Below are positions 20,796 through 31,919 of a stretch of 64,000 bases of DNA, one piece after another. The notes beneath the pieces are model-generated. The model worked only from the letters and a program-made list of their open reading frames with translations, ran no database searches and had not been told where the DNA came from. How positions within the stretch are numbered: position 1 is the first letter of the stretch; the number at the start of each line of letters is the position of its first letter. Made by a program: the position numbers and the translations under genes. This DNA is from Candidatus Eiseniibacteriota bacterium (GTDB taxonomy: Bacteria > Eisenbacteria > RBG-16-71-46), in contig CAVSAC010000010.1 of NCBI GenBank assembly GCA_963725865.1, positions 1,024,001 to 1,088,000 of the forward strand, written 5' to 3'.

Positions 20796-23700
20796 CTACT
20801 TCCGCTCGAGCGTGTCCCCGTCGTAGACCACGCCGTTCGCCACCGTCCAGCGCACCGAGTTGGTGTTGTGGATGTCGATCAGCGGATCGCGGTCGAGCAC
20901 GATGAAGTCGGCGAGCTTGCCGGCTTCGACCGAGCCGATCGCACGGTCCATGCCGAGGTACCACGCGCCGTTCCAAGTCGCGCACTTGATCACCTCGGCT
21001 GGGGTCATGCCGCCCTGTGCGAGGGCCCACATCTCCCAGTGCGCGCCGAGCCCCTGGCGCTGGCCGTGCGCGCCGAGCTGCACGTGGCCGCCGGCCTCCA
21101 GGATCTGCTTGGCGCCGGCCGCCACCGCCTGGTGGTGCCAGTCCCAGTCGGGCGCCATCACGAAGCGGCGGATGGCGCGCGCGTCGATCACCTTGCGCGG
21201 GGTGAAGCGCAGGAGCTTGGGATCGTCGAACACGTCGTAGTGCTGGTAGAACCAGTTCTCGCCCGACAGCCCGCCGTACGCCACCAGCAGCGTGGGCGTG
21301 TAGCCGCTCTGGCTGCTCGCGAACAGCTTCACCACGTCGCCGTAGATGGGCGTGATGGGCAGCGCGTGCTCCACGCCGGTGTGGCCGTCCATCACCATGC
21401 CGAGGTTCTCCTCGAACTTGCCGCCGCCCTCGGGCACCACCAGCAGCGACTCCTCGCGCGCGGCCTGCAGGATCCACTGGCGCTGCTCGCGGCGCGGCTG
21501 CATGTAGCTCTTCACGCTGATCGCGCCGAGGCGCTTCATGCGCTCAAGCTGCCGCCGCGCGTCGTCGAGCGACTGCAGCGGGAGCGCCTCGCGGCCGCCG
21601 GCGCCGTAGAGGATGTTGCCGGTCGAGAACACGCGCGGGCCGCGCAGCACGCCGGCCTGCACCATCTCGGCCTCGGTGAACACCTCCCACGAGGTCGCCG
21701 ACGGGTCGTGCATGGTGGTGACGCCGTACGCGAGGTTGGCGTCGTACGACCAGAAGTGATCGGGCACCACGCCGGCGCTGGCGTAGTGCGCGTGCGCGTG
21801 CACGTCGACGATGCCGGGCATGATGGTCTTGCCGCGCGCGTCGAACACCCGCGCGCCCGCCGGCACCGCGGTCGATCCGCGCGGACCGACCGCCGCGGAT
21901 GTGATCGTCGGTCACCACCACCGTGGCGTCGTCGAGCACCTCGCGCTCGTTCCCGCCGCGCAGCGTGATCACCCGCGCGCCGGTGAACGCCACCGTGCCG
22001 TGCGGTCGCGCGCGCGGCACCGCGAGCCGGATCCAGAGCGAGTCCGCGCGCGGCGGCTGGACTTCGGCGAGCTTCGCGGCGTCCGCCTTGCCGGCGCCGC
22101 TCGAGTCGGCCTTGGCGCTGTCGGCTTTCGCGGCCTTCGCGTCCGGCTTCGGCTTCGGCTTGCCGGCCTCGAGCAGCGCGCGCTCCCAGAACGCGGTCAG
22201 GCTGTCGAGCGAAAGGCTGCGAAATTCGGGCCCCGAGCTCCAGGTGATGGTGCGTCCCTTGCCGCCCCAGCTCAGCCAGTCGCCGCTGTCCTCCGCCAGC
22301 TTGCGCGCGGGCAGCGCGCCATCGGGGCCGAGGTCCACCGGCTCGCGCCCGGCCGCGGGCAGCTCGGAGACGTAGGCGGCATACTTCACGCGGTAGGCCA
22401 CCCAGCGCTCGTCGGGCGAAACCACCAGACCCTCGGCGTTGGTCAGGTGCGCGTGCTCGATGCGGTCGGTGCCGTCGAGTCGCACCGACACCAGCGAATT
22501 CGTCTGCGAGCTGCCGGTCGGGTCGTCGCCGTAGTCGACGAAATAGAGCCGGTCTCCGGCGGCACTCCAGCTCGGCCGCGGCACGCTGGGCGCATCGCCC
22601 TGCGTATCGAGGGTCAGCACCGTCCTCGCGTCGCCACCGGCGGCGGGCAGCCATTGCAGCTCGTACCAGATCTCGTCGCTGGTGTCGCCGCCCGAACGCA
22701 GCGGGCCGCCGCTGCCGCGCAGGAACGCGAGCCGGGTGCCGTCGTGGCTCCAGGCCGGCGCGAGGTACTGCGATGCCACGCGCGTCACCCGCACCGGCGT
22801 GCCGCCGGCGGCGGGCAGCTTCATCACGTGTCCGCCGACGGAGTCCTGCCAGGTGACGTATGCGAGCCACTTGCCGTCGGGCGACCACGCGGGCGCGAAC
22901 GCGCGCTGGCCGGCCGGGGTGAGCGCCCGCGCGGTGCCGGCCGCGATGTCGTAGCGCCACACCTGGCCCAGCGCCGAGAACGCGACGGTGCGGCCGTCCG
23001 GCGACAGCGACGGCCAGGCGATCTGGCGCACCGTGACCTGCTCGGGGTCGAGCGTCTGCGGGAAGCGGAGCGCGTGGGTCACGAGCTGCTCGACCGGCGC
23101 GGTGAACGCGATGCGGGTGGCGGCGCCGGAGCCGGCGTCGACCCGCCAGAAGCCGCCGCTGGCGTACACGACGATGCCCTTGCCGTCCGGCGTCCACGCG
23201 TAGTTGGGGTACACGCCGGTCCAGGCGAAGCCCTCCATGTTGTCGTTCGAGAGTCCGTTCCAGAGTGCGCGCTCGCGACCGCTCTCGAGGTCGTAGAGGA
23301 ACAGCACGGTCTTCTCGCGCACCCGCCGCACGAACGACATCGTGCGTCCGTCGGGCGAGAACGCCGCGTGGCCGCTGCCGCCGGTGCCGTCGGTGACGGT
23401 CACGATGCGGCCGGTCACGCGGTCGAAGCGGCGGATCTGCCAGATCCCCTGGAACACGTTGCGGTCGTACTGGAACCGCTGCGGCCGCCCCGAGAAGTAG
23501 ATGTAGCGACCGTCGCGCGAGAACACCGGCTCGTTGGCGTCGCCCCACTCGAGCTTCTTGGTGATCTGCATGCCGCCGCCGCCCAGCACGCTGTAGAGCC
23601 ACAGCTCGACGGTGCCGAGCGAGCTGCGGTCGGTGAGCCGCCGGCGCACCACGATCCACTGGCCGTCCGGCGACCACGCCGCCGAGTTCGAGAAGCGGTT

Positions 23701-24168
23701 CGCCTCCTGCGTCACCGGGCGCGGGTGGCTGCCGTCGGCGTCCATCATCCACACGTTCTCGGTGCCGCTGCGGTCGCTGGTGAACGCGATGTGCTTGCCG
23801 TCGGGCGCATAGCGCGGCTGCATGTCCCACGCCATGCCGCTCGTGAGCCGGCGCGCGGCGCCACCCGCGACCGGCATGGTGTACAGGTCGCCGAGCAGGC
23901 CGAACACGATCGTGCGTCCATCGGGCGACACGTCGAGCGCCATCCAGGTGCCCTCGGAGGTCGTGAAGCGCAGTGTATCGGCGGGCGCGTGCGCCACGTT
24001 CACGTCCCACGGGTCGCTCGACTTCGGCAGGTCGGGCGCGGTCGGGCCCTTGGGCGTGGCCTCCGGGGACTCGTGCTCGCCCGGATGCGCGAGCGCCGCG
24101 GCGGGCAGCGCGAGCGGGATCAGGAGCGCGAGGGCCAGCGGGCGGCAGGCGGCGAACGGTCGCGACAT
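20796..24168 (-). CDS. Exported amidohydrolase with TolB/PD40 beta-propeller; frameshift near 21897
   Basis: SPDG repeats; VTDDHI continues in the +1 frame as AAVGPRGSTAVPAGARVFDARGKTIMPGIVDVHAH..YGVTTMHDPS..GSVEAGKLAD. Confidence 0.85.
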
Positions 24169-24419
24169 GACGGGGATCCTCGGTGGGACGAGAGCGATGG
24201 AGCCGCGCAGCGGGCGGCGGGAAGCTCGGACGCGGGGAGGCTAGGAGCGTCCCCCGCGCGCCGACAAGCGCCGCGGGACGAACGCGTGCGCGCGGGGCAC
24301 CGAGCGCGGCCGGCGGTGTTCCGGCGCGGTGCGTGGACGGCGCGCGGCGCGGGGCGTCGCGAGTGCGGGCACCGTGCGGGCAGCATCCGTGGCGCGCGGC
24401 GGCGGGGCGCCGCGGCGCG

Positions 24420-24908
24420 TCAGGGCTCGAGCGCGTTCTTGCCCGCGCGGATCCGCTCGACCAGGCGGCTGGTGCTGTGGCCCTCGCGCAGCGGGATGCT
24501 CAGCACGCGCCCGCCGCGGGCCTCGACCGACTCGCGCCCGACGATGCGATCGACCGCCCAGTCGCCACCCTTGACGAGCACGTCGGGCCGCACCTCCTCG
24601 ATCAGCCGCAGCGGCGTGTCCTCGTCGAAGATCACCACCAGGTCGACGCTGCGCAGCGCGGCGAGCACCGCCGCACGGTCGTCCGCGGCCACCAGCGGCC
24701 GGCTCGCGCCCTTCAGGCGGCGCACCGAGGCGTCGGAGTTCACGCCCACCACCAGCCGGTCGCCGAGCGCACGCGCGTCGCGCAGGTACTCGGCGTGGCC
24801 GCGGTGCATCAGGTCGAACACGCCGTTCGTGAACACGATCCGCTCGCCGGCCCGGCGCCAGTCGTCGAGGCGCGCACGCGCCTCGGCCGGCAGCGTGGTC
24901 GCGCTCAT
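24420..24908 (-). CDS. rfaE2: D-glycero-beta-D-manno-heptose 1-phosphate adenylyltransferase
   Basis: [33 protein letters not shown]. Confidence 0.92.
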   Translation of the reverse strand: MSATTLPAEARARLDDWRRAGERIVFTNGVFDLMHRGHAEYLRDARALGDRLVVGVNSDASVRRLKGASRPLVAADDRAAVLAALRSVDLVVIFDEDTPLRLIEEVRPDVLVKGGDWAVDRIVGRESVEARGGRVLSIPLREGHSTSRLVERIRAGKNALEP

Positions 24909-25906
24909 GCGTGGCGGTCCTCGAGCGAGGCCAGCAGTTGCTGGGGCGTGCACGCGGCGGTGCCCACCTCGCGGATCACCACGCCGGCGGCGTGGTTGGC
25001 GAGGTAGCAGGCGTTCGGGAAGTCGGCGCCCGCGGCGAGCGCGATCGCCACCACGCTCACCACCGTGTCGCCCGCGCCGGTGACGTCGAACACCTCGCGC
25101 GCCATGGTCGGCAGGTAGGTGTAGCGGCCGTCGCGCTCGAACAGGCTCATGCCCTGCGCGCCCCGCGTGACGAGCACCGCCTGCACGTCGAGCCGCTTCT
25201 GCAGGCCCCAGCCCACCTCCATCAGGCTCGCCTCGTCGGTGACGCGGACGCCCTGGACGAAGCCGGCCTCGTGCTGGTTCGGCGTCAGGATCGAGACCCC
25301 GCGGTAGGCGTCGATGTGGCTCTCCTTGGGATCGACGCTCACCGCCAGGCGATGCTTCCGCGCCACGCCGAGCGCGGCGTCGAGCGTGCGCGCGGTCACC
25401 ACGCCCTTGCCGTAGTCGCTCACGATCAGCCCCGCGCACTCCGGCAGCGCCCGTTCCAGCGCGGCGACCAGTGCCGCGAATCCCGCGCCCGCGAGGTCGG
25501 CGCGCGACTCGTGGTCGGCGCGCACCACCTGCTGAGCGTTCGCGATGACGCGCGTCTTCACCGTGGTCGGCCGGCTCGGGTCGGCCACCAGCCCGGCCAG
25601 GTCGACGCCGAGCGTCTCGAACGCGCCGCGCAGGCGCCCGCCGTTCTCGTCCTCGCCGACGACCCCGAACAGCACCGGCGTCGCACCGAGCGCGCGCAGG
25701 TTGGCCGCGACGTTGCCGGCGCCGCCGAGGCGGTCGCTCTCGCGCTCCACCTCGACCACCGGCACCGGCGCCTCGGGCGAGATGCGCTCGACGCGCCCCC
25801 ACAGGTAGCGGTCGAGCATGCAGTCGCCGAGCACCGCGATGCGGCGGCCGGCGAAGCGCGCGACGACGCCGCGCAGCGTCCCGAGATCGAATGTGGGAGT
25901 GCTCAT
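24905..25906 (-). CDS. rfaE1: D-glycero-beta-D-manno-heptose 7-phosphate kinase
   Basis: [33 protein letters not shown]. Confidence 0.93.
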   Translation of the reverse strand: MSTPTFDLGTLRGVVARFAGRRIAVLGDCMLDRYLWGRVERISPEAPVPVVEVERESDRLGGAGNVAANLRALGATPVLFGVVGEDENGGRLRGAFETLGVDLAGLVADPSRPTTVKTRVIANAQQVVRADHESRADLAGAGFAALVAALERALPECAGLIVSDYGKGVVTARTLDAALGVARKHRLAVSVDPKESHIDAYRGVSILTPNQHEAGFVQGVRVTDEASLMEVGWGLQKRLDVQAVLVTRGAQGMSLFERDGRYTYLPTMAREVFDVTGAGDTVVSVVAIALAAGADFPNACYLANHAAGVVIREVGTAACTPQQLLASLEDRHA

Positions 25907-25963
25907 CGGCGCGGCACGCTACCGCTTACGCGCAGGCCGCGCAACGGACGCGGCCGGTGCCGC

Positions 25964-26539
25964 TCAGGGCACCACGCTCCCGCTCCCGAAGTCGAAGCGC
26001 TGGCGGCACCACACGGCGACCGGGCGACCGGCGCGCTCCGCCGGGAAGAAGCGCATCGCGAACGCGCAGCGCCGGGCCGCGCGCACCAGCGCGGTGTCGC
26101 GCGCGCCGCTCGCCCACTCGACATCGGTCACCGCGCCAGTCTCGTCGACGTTGACGTCGAGCTCGATCTGGGCGGCCGCGGCGCCGGCCGGCACCCACAG
26201 CGGCGCCGCCTGTCGCAGGATCGGAGGCTTGAGTCCCGCGTCGACCGCGAACGCGGGCGGCACCGCGAACGCCGTCACCGCAGCGCTGTCGGGCGCGGGC
26301 TCCGGCACCGGCGGCGGCGGGAACGATGCGCGAGCGAGCGACACCCGTGCCGCCCAGACCCGCGCGGCGGGCGCGGGCGGCGGCACGTCGAGCGTGATGG
26401 TGCGGCCGGTGTCGGCGCGCACGTCCACCGCGAGCGGGAACGTGCGCCGCGGCGGCTCGCGCTCGGGAGCGCGACCGCAGCCGGACGCGAGCACCGCCAG
26501 CATGCACAGGGCGCCGCCAGCCAGCGGATGGAGCGACAT
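25964..26539 (-). CDS. TonB C-terminal domain protein, possible lipoprotein
   Basis: LASGC lipobox-like; Pro-rich linker; ELDVNVDETGAVTDV..RFFPAERAGRPVAVWCRQRFDF. Confidence 0.65.
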   Translation of the reverse strand: MSLHPLAGGALCMLAVLASGCGRAPEREPPRRTFPLAVDVRADTGRTITLDVPPPAPAARVWAARVSLARASFPPPPVPEPAPDSAAVTAFAVPPAFAVDAGLKPPILRQAAPLWVPAGAAAAQIELDVNVDETGAVTDVEWASGARDTALVRAARRCAFAMRFFPAERAGRPVAVWCRQRFDFGSGSVVP

Positions 26540-26741
26540 GCGCGCGACGCTAACACGCGCGGGCAGACGCGCGTACCGGCCGCGCCGCGCGCGGCCGCGA
26601 AAGCGCCCGTCGGGCGCTTGTCGGCCCCCGGGCACGGGGCTAGAGTCGGGTCGTGGCCGGGGGCTCTCGAGTCGTGCGCCCGCGCCACCGGCGGCTGGAG
26701 GGACGCCCGGACCGCCGTGTCCATCCAACCTCGAGGTGTGC

Positions 26742-27755
26742 GTGGATTCGCGGCAGCGCGTGTGGGCGGCCTTGAAGGGCGAGCCCGTCGATCGGCCCCC
26801 GGTCTCGTTCTGGGGTCATTTCTACCATCGGGAATCGTCGGCCACCGAGCTGGTGCAGGCCACGCTCGAGTTCCAGCGCGAGCACCAGTGGGACTGGGTG
26901 AAGCTCAATCCGCGGAAGCACTACCACGTCGAGCCGTGGGGCGTGAGTTACCGCTACAGCGGGCGCGCTCACGAGAAGCCGGTGCTCGAGGCGTGGCCGG
27001 TGCACCAGGCCAGCGACTGGACCTCGATCACCGCGCGCCCGCACGACCGCGGCGCGCTCGGCGAGCAGCTCGAAGCCGTGCGCATGCTGCGGGCGGGGCT
27101 GCCGGCGGACGTGCCGTTCGTGCAGACGGTGTTCACGCCGCTGGCGATCCTCGGCGAGATGGTCCAGGAGCCCGGCGAGCTGCGCCTGCACATGCGCACC
27201 CATCCGAATGCGGTGCGCGGCGCGCTCGCGGCGGTGACCGCGACGTTCGAGGGCTACGTGCGCGACGTGCTCGCGGCCGGCGCCGACGGCATCTACCTGG
27301 CGACCGTGGACTGGGCCTCACGCGACCTGATGAGCCCCGAGGACCATCGCGAGTGGTCGCGGCCGTACGATCTGCGGCTGCTGGCGGCCGCGGCGTCCGC
27401 ACCGTTCAACGTGCTGCACGTGTGCAAGCGCCGGAACCTGCTGTTCGAATGCGCCGACTACCCGGTGGCGGCGTTCTCGTGGGCGGCCACCGATCCCCTC
27501 AATCCCACCCTCGCCGAGGGCCTGGCGCGGCTGCCGGGCGCGGTGATGGGGGGCATCACGCACGACGACTCGCTGCTGGGCGCGGACAGCCGCGAGGTGG
27601 TGGCCGAGTACCGCCGCGCACTCGAACAGACCGGTGGCCGGCGCTGGCTGGCGGCCCCCGGTTGCTCCATCCCCCCGGCGACGCCCGCCGCGCATTTGCG
27701 CGCGGTGCGCGAAGCCGTGGAATCCACGCGCCTCTCATCGGAGCGCGCTCTCTGA
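26742..27755 (+). CDS. Uroporphyrinogen decarboxylase (URO-D) superfamily protein
   Basis: GTG with GAGGTG RBS; GEPVDRPPVS, QTVFTPL, AGADGI, GGITH, LAAPGCSI. Confidence 0.8.
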   Translation: MDSRQRVWAALKGEPVDRPPVSFWGHFYHRESSATELVQATLEFQREHQWDWVKLNPRKHYHVEPWGVSYRYSGRAHEKPVLEAWPVHQASDWTSITARPHDRGALGEQLEAVRMLRAGLPADVPFVQTVFTPLAILGEMVQEPGELRLHMRTHPNAVRGALAAVTATFEGYVRDVLAAGADGIYLATVDWASRDLMSPEDHREWSRPYDLRLLAAAASAPFNVLHVCKRRNLLFECADYPVAAFSWAATDPLNPTLAEGLARLPGAVMGGITHDDSLLGADSREVVAEYRRALEQTGGRRWLAAPGCSIPPATPAAHLRAVREAVESTRLSSERAL

Positions 27756-27792
27756 CGTAGAGTTCGTCTCGGTCCCCCAAGGAGGTGCCGCG

Positions 27793-28389
27793 ATGAGATC
27801 TGCAGCGATCCTCATGGTCGCCATGCTGATGTGTGCGACGCTCGCCGCCGCTCAAGAAGGACCGAAGCGACCACCGCCGACGCCCCAGCCGGCGCCCACA
27901 CCGGAGACGGGGCAGCCCGAGAGTCCCGGCCGCGCCAGCATCAACGTCGCGGGCGACGCGTTCATCGGCGAGCTGGCTCCCGACTTCGAGCTCGATGGCT
28001 CGCAGGGGCAGCCCGTCCAGCTGTCGAAGCAGCGTGGCGACTGGGTGGTGATGGTGTTCGCCGAGCGGCGCACCGACCTGATGCAGCTGGCGAGCGTGGT
28101 GGCGGACCTCCGGCTGCTCGGCGGCAAGTTCGTCGGGATCTGCGACGAGAAGGCGCGCACGCTCGAGCATGCGCAGGAGCGCGACCCGCTGCCGTTCCAG
28201 GTGCTCGCGGATCCGACCGGCGAGGTGTCGGCGATGTACGGCTGCTACGACCACGTGCACAGCACGACCACTCCGGGGTTCTTCGTGCTCGATCGGCGCG
28301 GCACCGTGCGATTGACGGTGCTCGGACAGCCGGTGCCCGCGGCCGAGATCGTCAGCCTGACCAAGATCCCGATGGGCGCCACGCAATAG
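27793..28389 (+). CDS. Exported redoxin/AhpC-TSA fold protein lacking the catalytic Cys motif
   Basis: GGAGG RBS, signal peptide, GELAPDFEL, LPFQVLADPTGEVSAMYG, FVLDRRGTVR. Confidence 0.7.
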   Translation: MRSAAILMVAMLMCATLAAAQEGPKRPPPTPQPAPTPETGQPESPGRASINVAGDAFIGELAPDFELDGSQGQPVQLSKQRGDWVVMVFAERRTDLMQLASVVADLRLLGGKFVGICDEKARTLEHAQERDPLPFQVLADPTGEVSAMYGCYDHVHSTTTPGFFVLDRRGTVRLTVLGQPVPAAEIVSLTKIPMGATQ

Positions 28390-28567
28390 CGCCCGGGGCA
28401 TTCCGCACGACGCGGCCCGCCGCTCCGAACGAGTGGCGGGCCGCGCGCGTCTGGCTGGAATGGCTTCCGGCCTCCCGGACCCGGCTCGACCCTCGGCATG
28501 CCGATTGCGGTCCTCCACCGGCTGCTTTGTCGAGACTCCGGACCGTCCCCGAGACTTGGAGGCTGAT

Positions 28568-29185
28568 GTGAGCTTCTCCGCATGGCTGACCGCCGTCACG
28601 CTGCTGGCGACGGTGCCCTATACGATGCACGACGGAGTGCCGAAGGGACGCCCGTCGATCGACGATCCCGCACGCACCACGGCGGCGGGCGCCAACACGC
28701 CGGAGCCGGGCGCCACACTGGTGACAGTCGGCGATCCGGCGCCCAACTTCTCGTACTTCGGGCTCGACGGCCGTGCCGGCCGGCTGCGCGATCTGCTCGC
28801 GCAGGGACCGGTCCTGCTGGTGTTCGGTGTCGGCGACGCCAACCTGCTCGACCTGCAGCGCGAGCGCGACGTCCTGTTCGGCATGGGCGTCGTGCCGGTG
28901 GCGATCGCCGATCGCCGCGCGGGCGCGACGCGCACCGCGAGCCAGCGGCTGGGGCTCACGTATCCGATCATCCCGGACCCGCGCGCGATCGCGGCGGCGC
29001 AGTTCAACGCGCTCGATCCGTCGACCCTGCACCCGATGCCGGCGTGGTTCGTGGTCGACCGCAACGGCCGCGTGCGTGCGCTCGGCCGCGGCTCGATGCC
29101 GCAGCGGCCGTGGGCCGACCTCGCGGCCTCCGCGCTGGGGATGCCGGCGCCCGGCAGTCCGCGCCCGGTCGGCAAGACGCGCTGA
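28568..29185 (+). CDS. Exported redoxin/AhpC-TSA fold protein without any Cys
   Basis: GGAGG RBS, VGDPAPNFS, GPVLLVF, YPIIPDP, PAWFVVDRNGRVR. Confidence 0.7.
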   Translation: MSFSAWLTAVTLLATVPYTMHDGVPKGRPSIDDPARTTAAGANTPEPGATLVTVGDPAPNFSYFGLDGRAGRLRDLLAQGPVLLVFGVGDANLLDLQRERDVLFGMGVVPVAIADRRAGATRTASQRLGLTYPIIPDPRAIAAAQFNALDPSTLHPMPAWFVVDRNGRVRALGRGSMPQRPWADLAASALGMPAPGSPRPVGKTR

Positions 29186-29202
29186 GCCGCCGAACATACG
29201 AA

Positions 29203-29232
29203 GGGGGCGCGGACCGCGCGGTCCGCGCCCCC
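29203..29232. terminator. Perfect hairpin between convergent genes
   Basis: GGGGGCGCGGACC-GCGC-GGTCCGCGCCCCC. Confidence 0.6.
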
Positions 29233-29248
29233 CTCGCATGCCGCCAGC

Positions 29249-31615
29249 TCAGGCCGCGCGCGCGGTGCGCCCGTGGCGCTCCAGGTTCTCGCCGAGCTGG
29301 CGGAGCACCCGTTCGACGTCCTCGATCGAGAACGGCTTGGCCATGACGTGATCGACGCCGTGCGCGATCGCGGCCCCGCTCTCGAGCTGGAAGCCCCAGC
29401 CGGTCACCAGCACCACCGCGACCTCGGGACGCTGCGACTTCACCGACAGCGCCAGGTCCCAGCCGTTCACCTCGGGCATCCCGAGATCGGAGAACACCGC
29501 GTCGAAGCGGTCGTTCTGGAAGGTCTCGAGCCCCGCGGCGCCGCCCAGCACCGGCACCACGTCCTGGCCCATCGCGCGCAGCAGGTCGGTGAGCACCGAG
29601 AGCACCGGCTCCTCGTCGTCGACCGCCAGCATGCGCAGGCGCGGGAGCGGTCCGATCAGCGTGGGCGGCACCTCGCGCGGCACGACCGCGCCGGCGGGGA
29701 ACGCGAGCATGAACTGGGTGCCGAAATTCGGCTCGCTGTCGACCGAGATGGTGCCGCGGTGGCGCGTCACGATGCCGTACGCGACCGACAGGCCGAGGCC
29801 GGTGCCTTTCACCTGCTTGGTCGTGAAGAACGGGTCGAACACGCGCGAGCGCGTGGCCTCGTCCATGCCGACGCCGTCGTCGCGGATGCGCACGTGGATG
29901 TCGGTCGGCCCGTCGATGGTGCTGATCCACAGATGGCCGCCCCACGGCATCGCGTCGACCGCGTTGAGCACCAGGTTGGTGAACACCTCGCGCAGCTCCG
30001 ACGCGTTGCCGGCGAGCGTGTGGGTGGCCCGCAGGTCGAGCTCCACGTCGACCGCGATGCCGCGGCGCTTGGCCCCCGCCTCCCACGCCGGCCGCGTGAG
30101 CTCGATGACCCCGAGCAGCACCTGGTTGACGTCGAGCGTCTCGAACGATTCGTCCTGGCGGACGCGCGTGAACTCCTGGACACGGCGCACCGTGTGCGCG
30201 CCGTCGAGCGCCGCCTGCTCGACCACCTGCAGCTGGCGGCGCACCTCGCCGTCACGCACGTCCTGCAGCAGGAGTTGGGTGCGGCCAAGGATCGCGGCGA
30301 GGATGTTGTTGAAGTCGTGCGCCACGCCGCCGGCCATCTCGCCGAGCGCGTTCAGCTTCGCCGACTGCACCAGCTGGGCCTGCGCCTCGCGCAGCTCGTC
30401 GAACGCTTTCTTCATGTCGTCGTAGAGCCGCGCGTTCGCGATCGCGGCGCTGCACTGCCCGGCGAACAGCGTCGCCAGCTCGAGGTCCTCCTCGAGGAAC
30501 GGGTGGCTGGTCTCGTTCACGCGCACCAGCGTGATCACGCCCACAACCTTGTCGCGGCCGAACAACGGCACGCACAGCAGCGAGCTCGACTCCGGCGGCG
30601 TGCCCGGGACCTGCACCGAGCGCGGATCGGCCTCGGCGTGGTTCACGATCTCGCCGCGCCCCGAGAGGGCCACAGTTCCGGTGATGCCCTGGCCGAGCTT
30701 GAGCCGCACCGCCATCATCTCGTCCTTGTACGACTCCACGTCGCAGGCGGCGGCGAACAGCTCCTGCGCCTCCTCGTCGTACAGGAACACCGTGCACTCG
30801 TCCGTTTGGATGACGGTACGCGACTGGCGCGCGATGGTGTCGAGGATGGTGTCGAGGTCGAGCGAGTTGACGACCGCGTGGCTGACCGCCAGCAGCGCGG
30901 CGAATTTCTCGCGCTGGCGCACCTCGCGCTGGAGCAGCTCCGAGAGCGAGGCGTCCGCCAGCGCCTCGGCGACGTGCGGCGACAGCGCTACGAACGCGCC
31001 GACGCGGCGCTCTCCGCGCTTGAACTCGACGCGCGAGGCCAGCAGGGTCTGCTCCGGCGCGCTCGCGAGCGCGCAGCGTACCAGGTGGAACGCCGCGTCG
31101 GTCCCCTCGCCCGCCGCCAGCGCGTGCAGCGCCGAGGCGCGGCACGAGGGCTCGAGCAGGTCGCCGAACGCGTGCCCCTCGACCTCCTCGCGCGGAACGC
31201 CGGCGAGCGCCAGGAACGCGCGATTGGCGAGCCGCACCTTCTGCTCGCCGTCCAGGTAGACGGTCGGCGAGGCGACGCACTCCACGAGCGGGCGCATGGT
31301 CTCGAGCACGCTGGTGAGCGCGTCGCCGTCCTCGACCGGCGAAGGCAGGTCGTCCGGCAGGAGCATCGCCAGCTCCGCGCGCGCGACCGCGGAGGCGGGG
31401 ACCCCGAGGCTCAGCCAGCGCCGCGCGGTCTCGCGCAGCACCCCGAAGGCGCGGATGTGCTCGGGGTGCTCGAGCGCGGCTTCGAAGCGCTCGAGGAGCC
31501 CAGCGACTTCCGACGCCGCCCATTCCGCACCCAGGGCAGGCGTGAGTTGACGACTGATCGCGTCGGCGAGGCGCAGTCGGTGCCTACGGACCAGCCGGAT
31601 GGCGGCGGCGGACAA
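29249..31615 (-). CDS. Hybrid sensor histidine kinase (PAS-GAF-HisKA-HATPase-REC)
   Basis: TTG with GGAGGAG RBS; GVAHDFNN, NLVLNAVDAM, DDGVGM, FFTTK, GTGLGL, AVDDEE, SDLGMP. Confidence 0.93.
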   Translation of the reverse strand: MSAAAIRLVRRHRLRLADAISRQLTPALGAEWAASEVAGLLERFEAALEHPEHIRAFGVLRETARRWLSLGVPASAVARAELAMLLPDDLPSPVEDGDALTSVLETMRPLVECVASPTVYLDGEQKVRLANRAFLALAGVPREEVEGHAFGDLLEPSCRASALHALAAGEGTDAAFHLVRCALASAPEQTLLASRVEFKRGERRVGAFVALSPHVAEALADASLSELLQREVRQREKFAALLAVSHAVVNSLDLDTILDTIARQSRTVIQTDECTVFLYDEEAQELFAAACDVESYKDEMMAVRLKLGQGITGTVALSGRGEIVNHAEADPRSVQVPGTPPESSSLLCVPLFGRDKVVGVITLVRVNETSHPFLEEDLELATLFAGQCSAAIANARLYDDMKKAFDELREAQAQLVQSAKLNALGEMAGGVAHDFNNILAAILGRTQLLLQDVRDGEVRRQLQVVEQAALDGAHTVRRVQEFTRVRQDESFETLDVNQVLLGVIELTRPAWEAGAKRRGIAVDVELDLRATHTLAGNASELREVFTNLVLNAVDAMPWGGHLWISTIDGPTDIHVRIRDDGVGMDEATRSRVFDPFFTTKQVKGTGLGLSVAYGIVTRHRGTISVDSEPNFGTQFMLAFPAGAVVPREVPPTLIGPLPRLRMLAVDDEEPVLSVLTDLLRAMGQDVVPVLGGAAGLETFQNDRFDAVFSDLGMPEVNGWDLALSVKSQRPEVAVVLVTGWGFQLESGAAIAHGVDHVMAKPFSIEDVERVLRQLGENLERHGRTARAA

Positions 31616-31919
31616 TCCGATCTCCTCCGAGTGCCGGGGACACGGACCCTTCCTGGTCCGCACTCGGAACGGTTATCGACCCGACAACCCCCAGTCTTGA
31701 GCCGGGATGCGCGCTCGGAACCGGCCCGGCCCGCAGCCAGGCCGGCCACCGCCAGGACCCGCCAAGGCGGTCGTTGACGCGCGGCGCATGCGGCTCTACC
31801 GTGCCGCGGTCGCCTGCGGCCGCCGCGCCCTTCGCGTGGCTGGACTCCGACGCCGAGCCCCCGCGACCCGCCCCCGCCCCAACACGGCTCCCGCGCACCC
31901 GCCCCCGCGCGAGGTCATC

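Noticed and set aside
26742..27755. Calling this gene hemE
   Set aside because: It lacks the RQAGR motif of true HemE; only the superfamily is supported.
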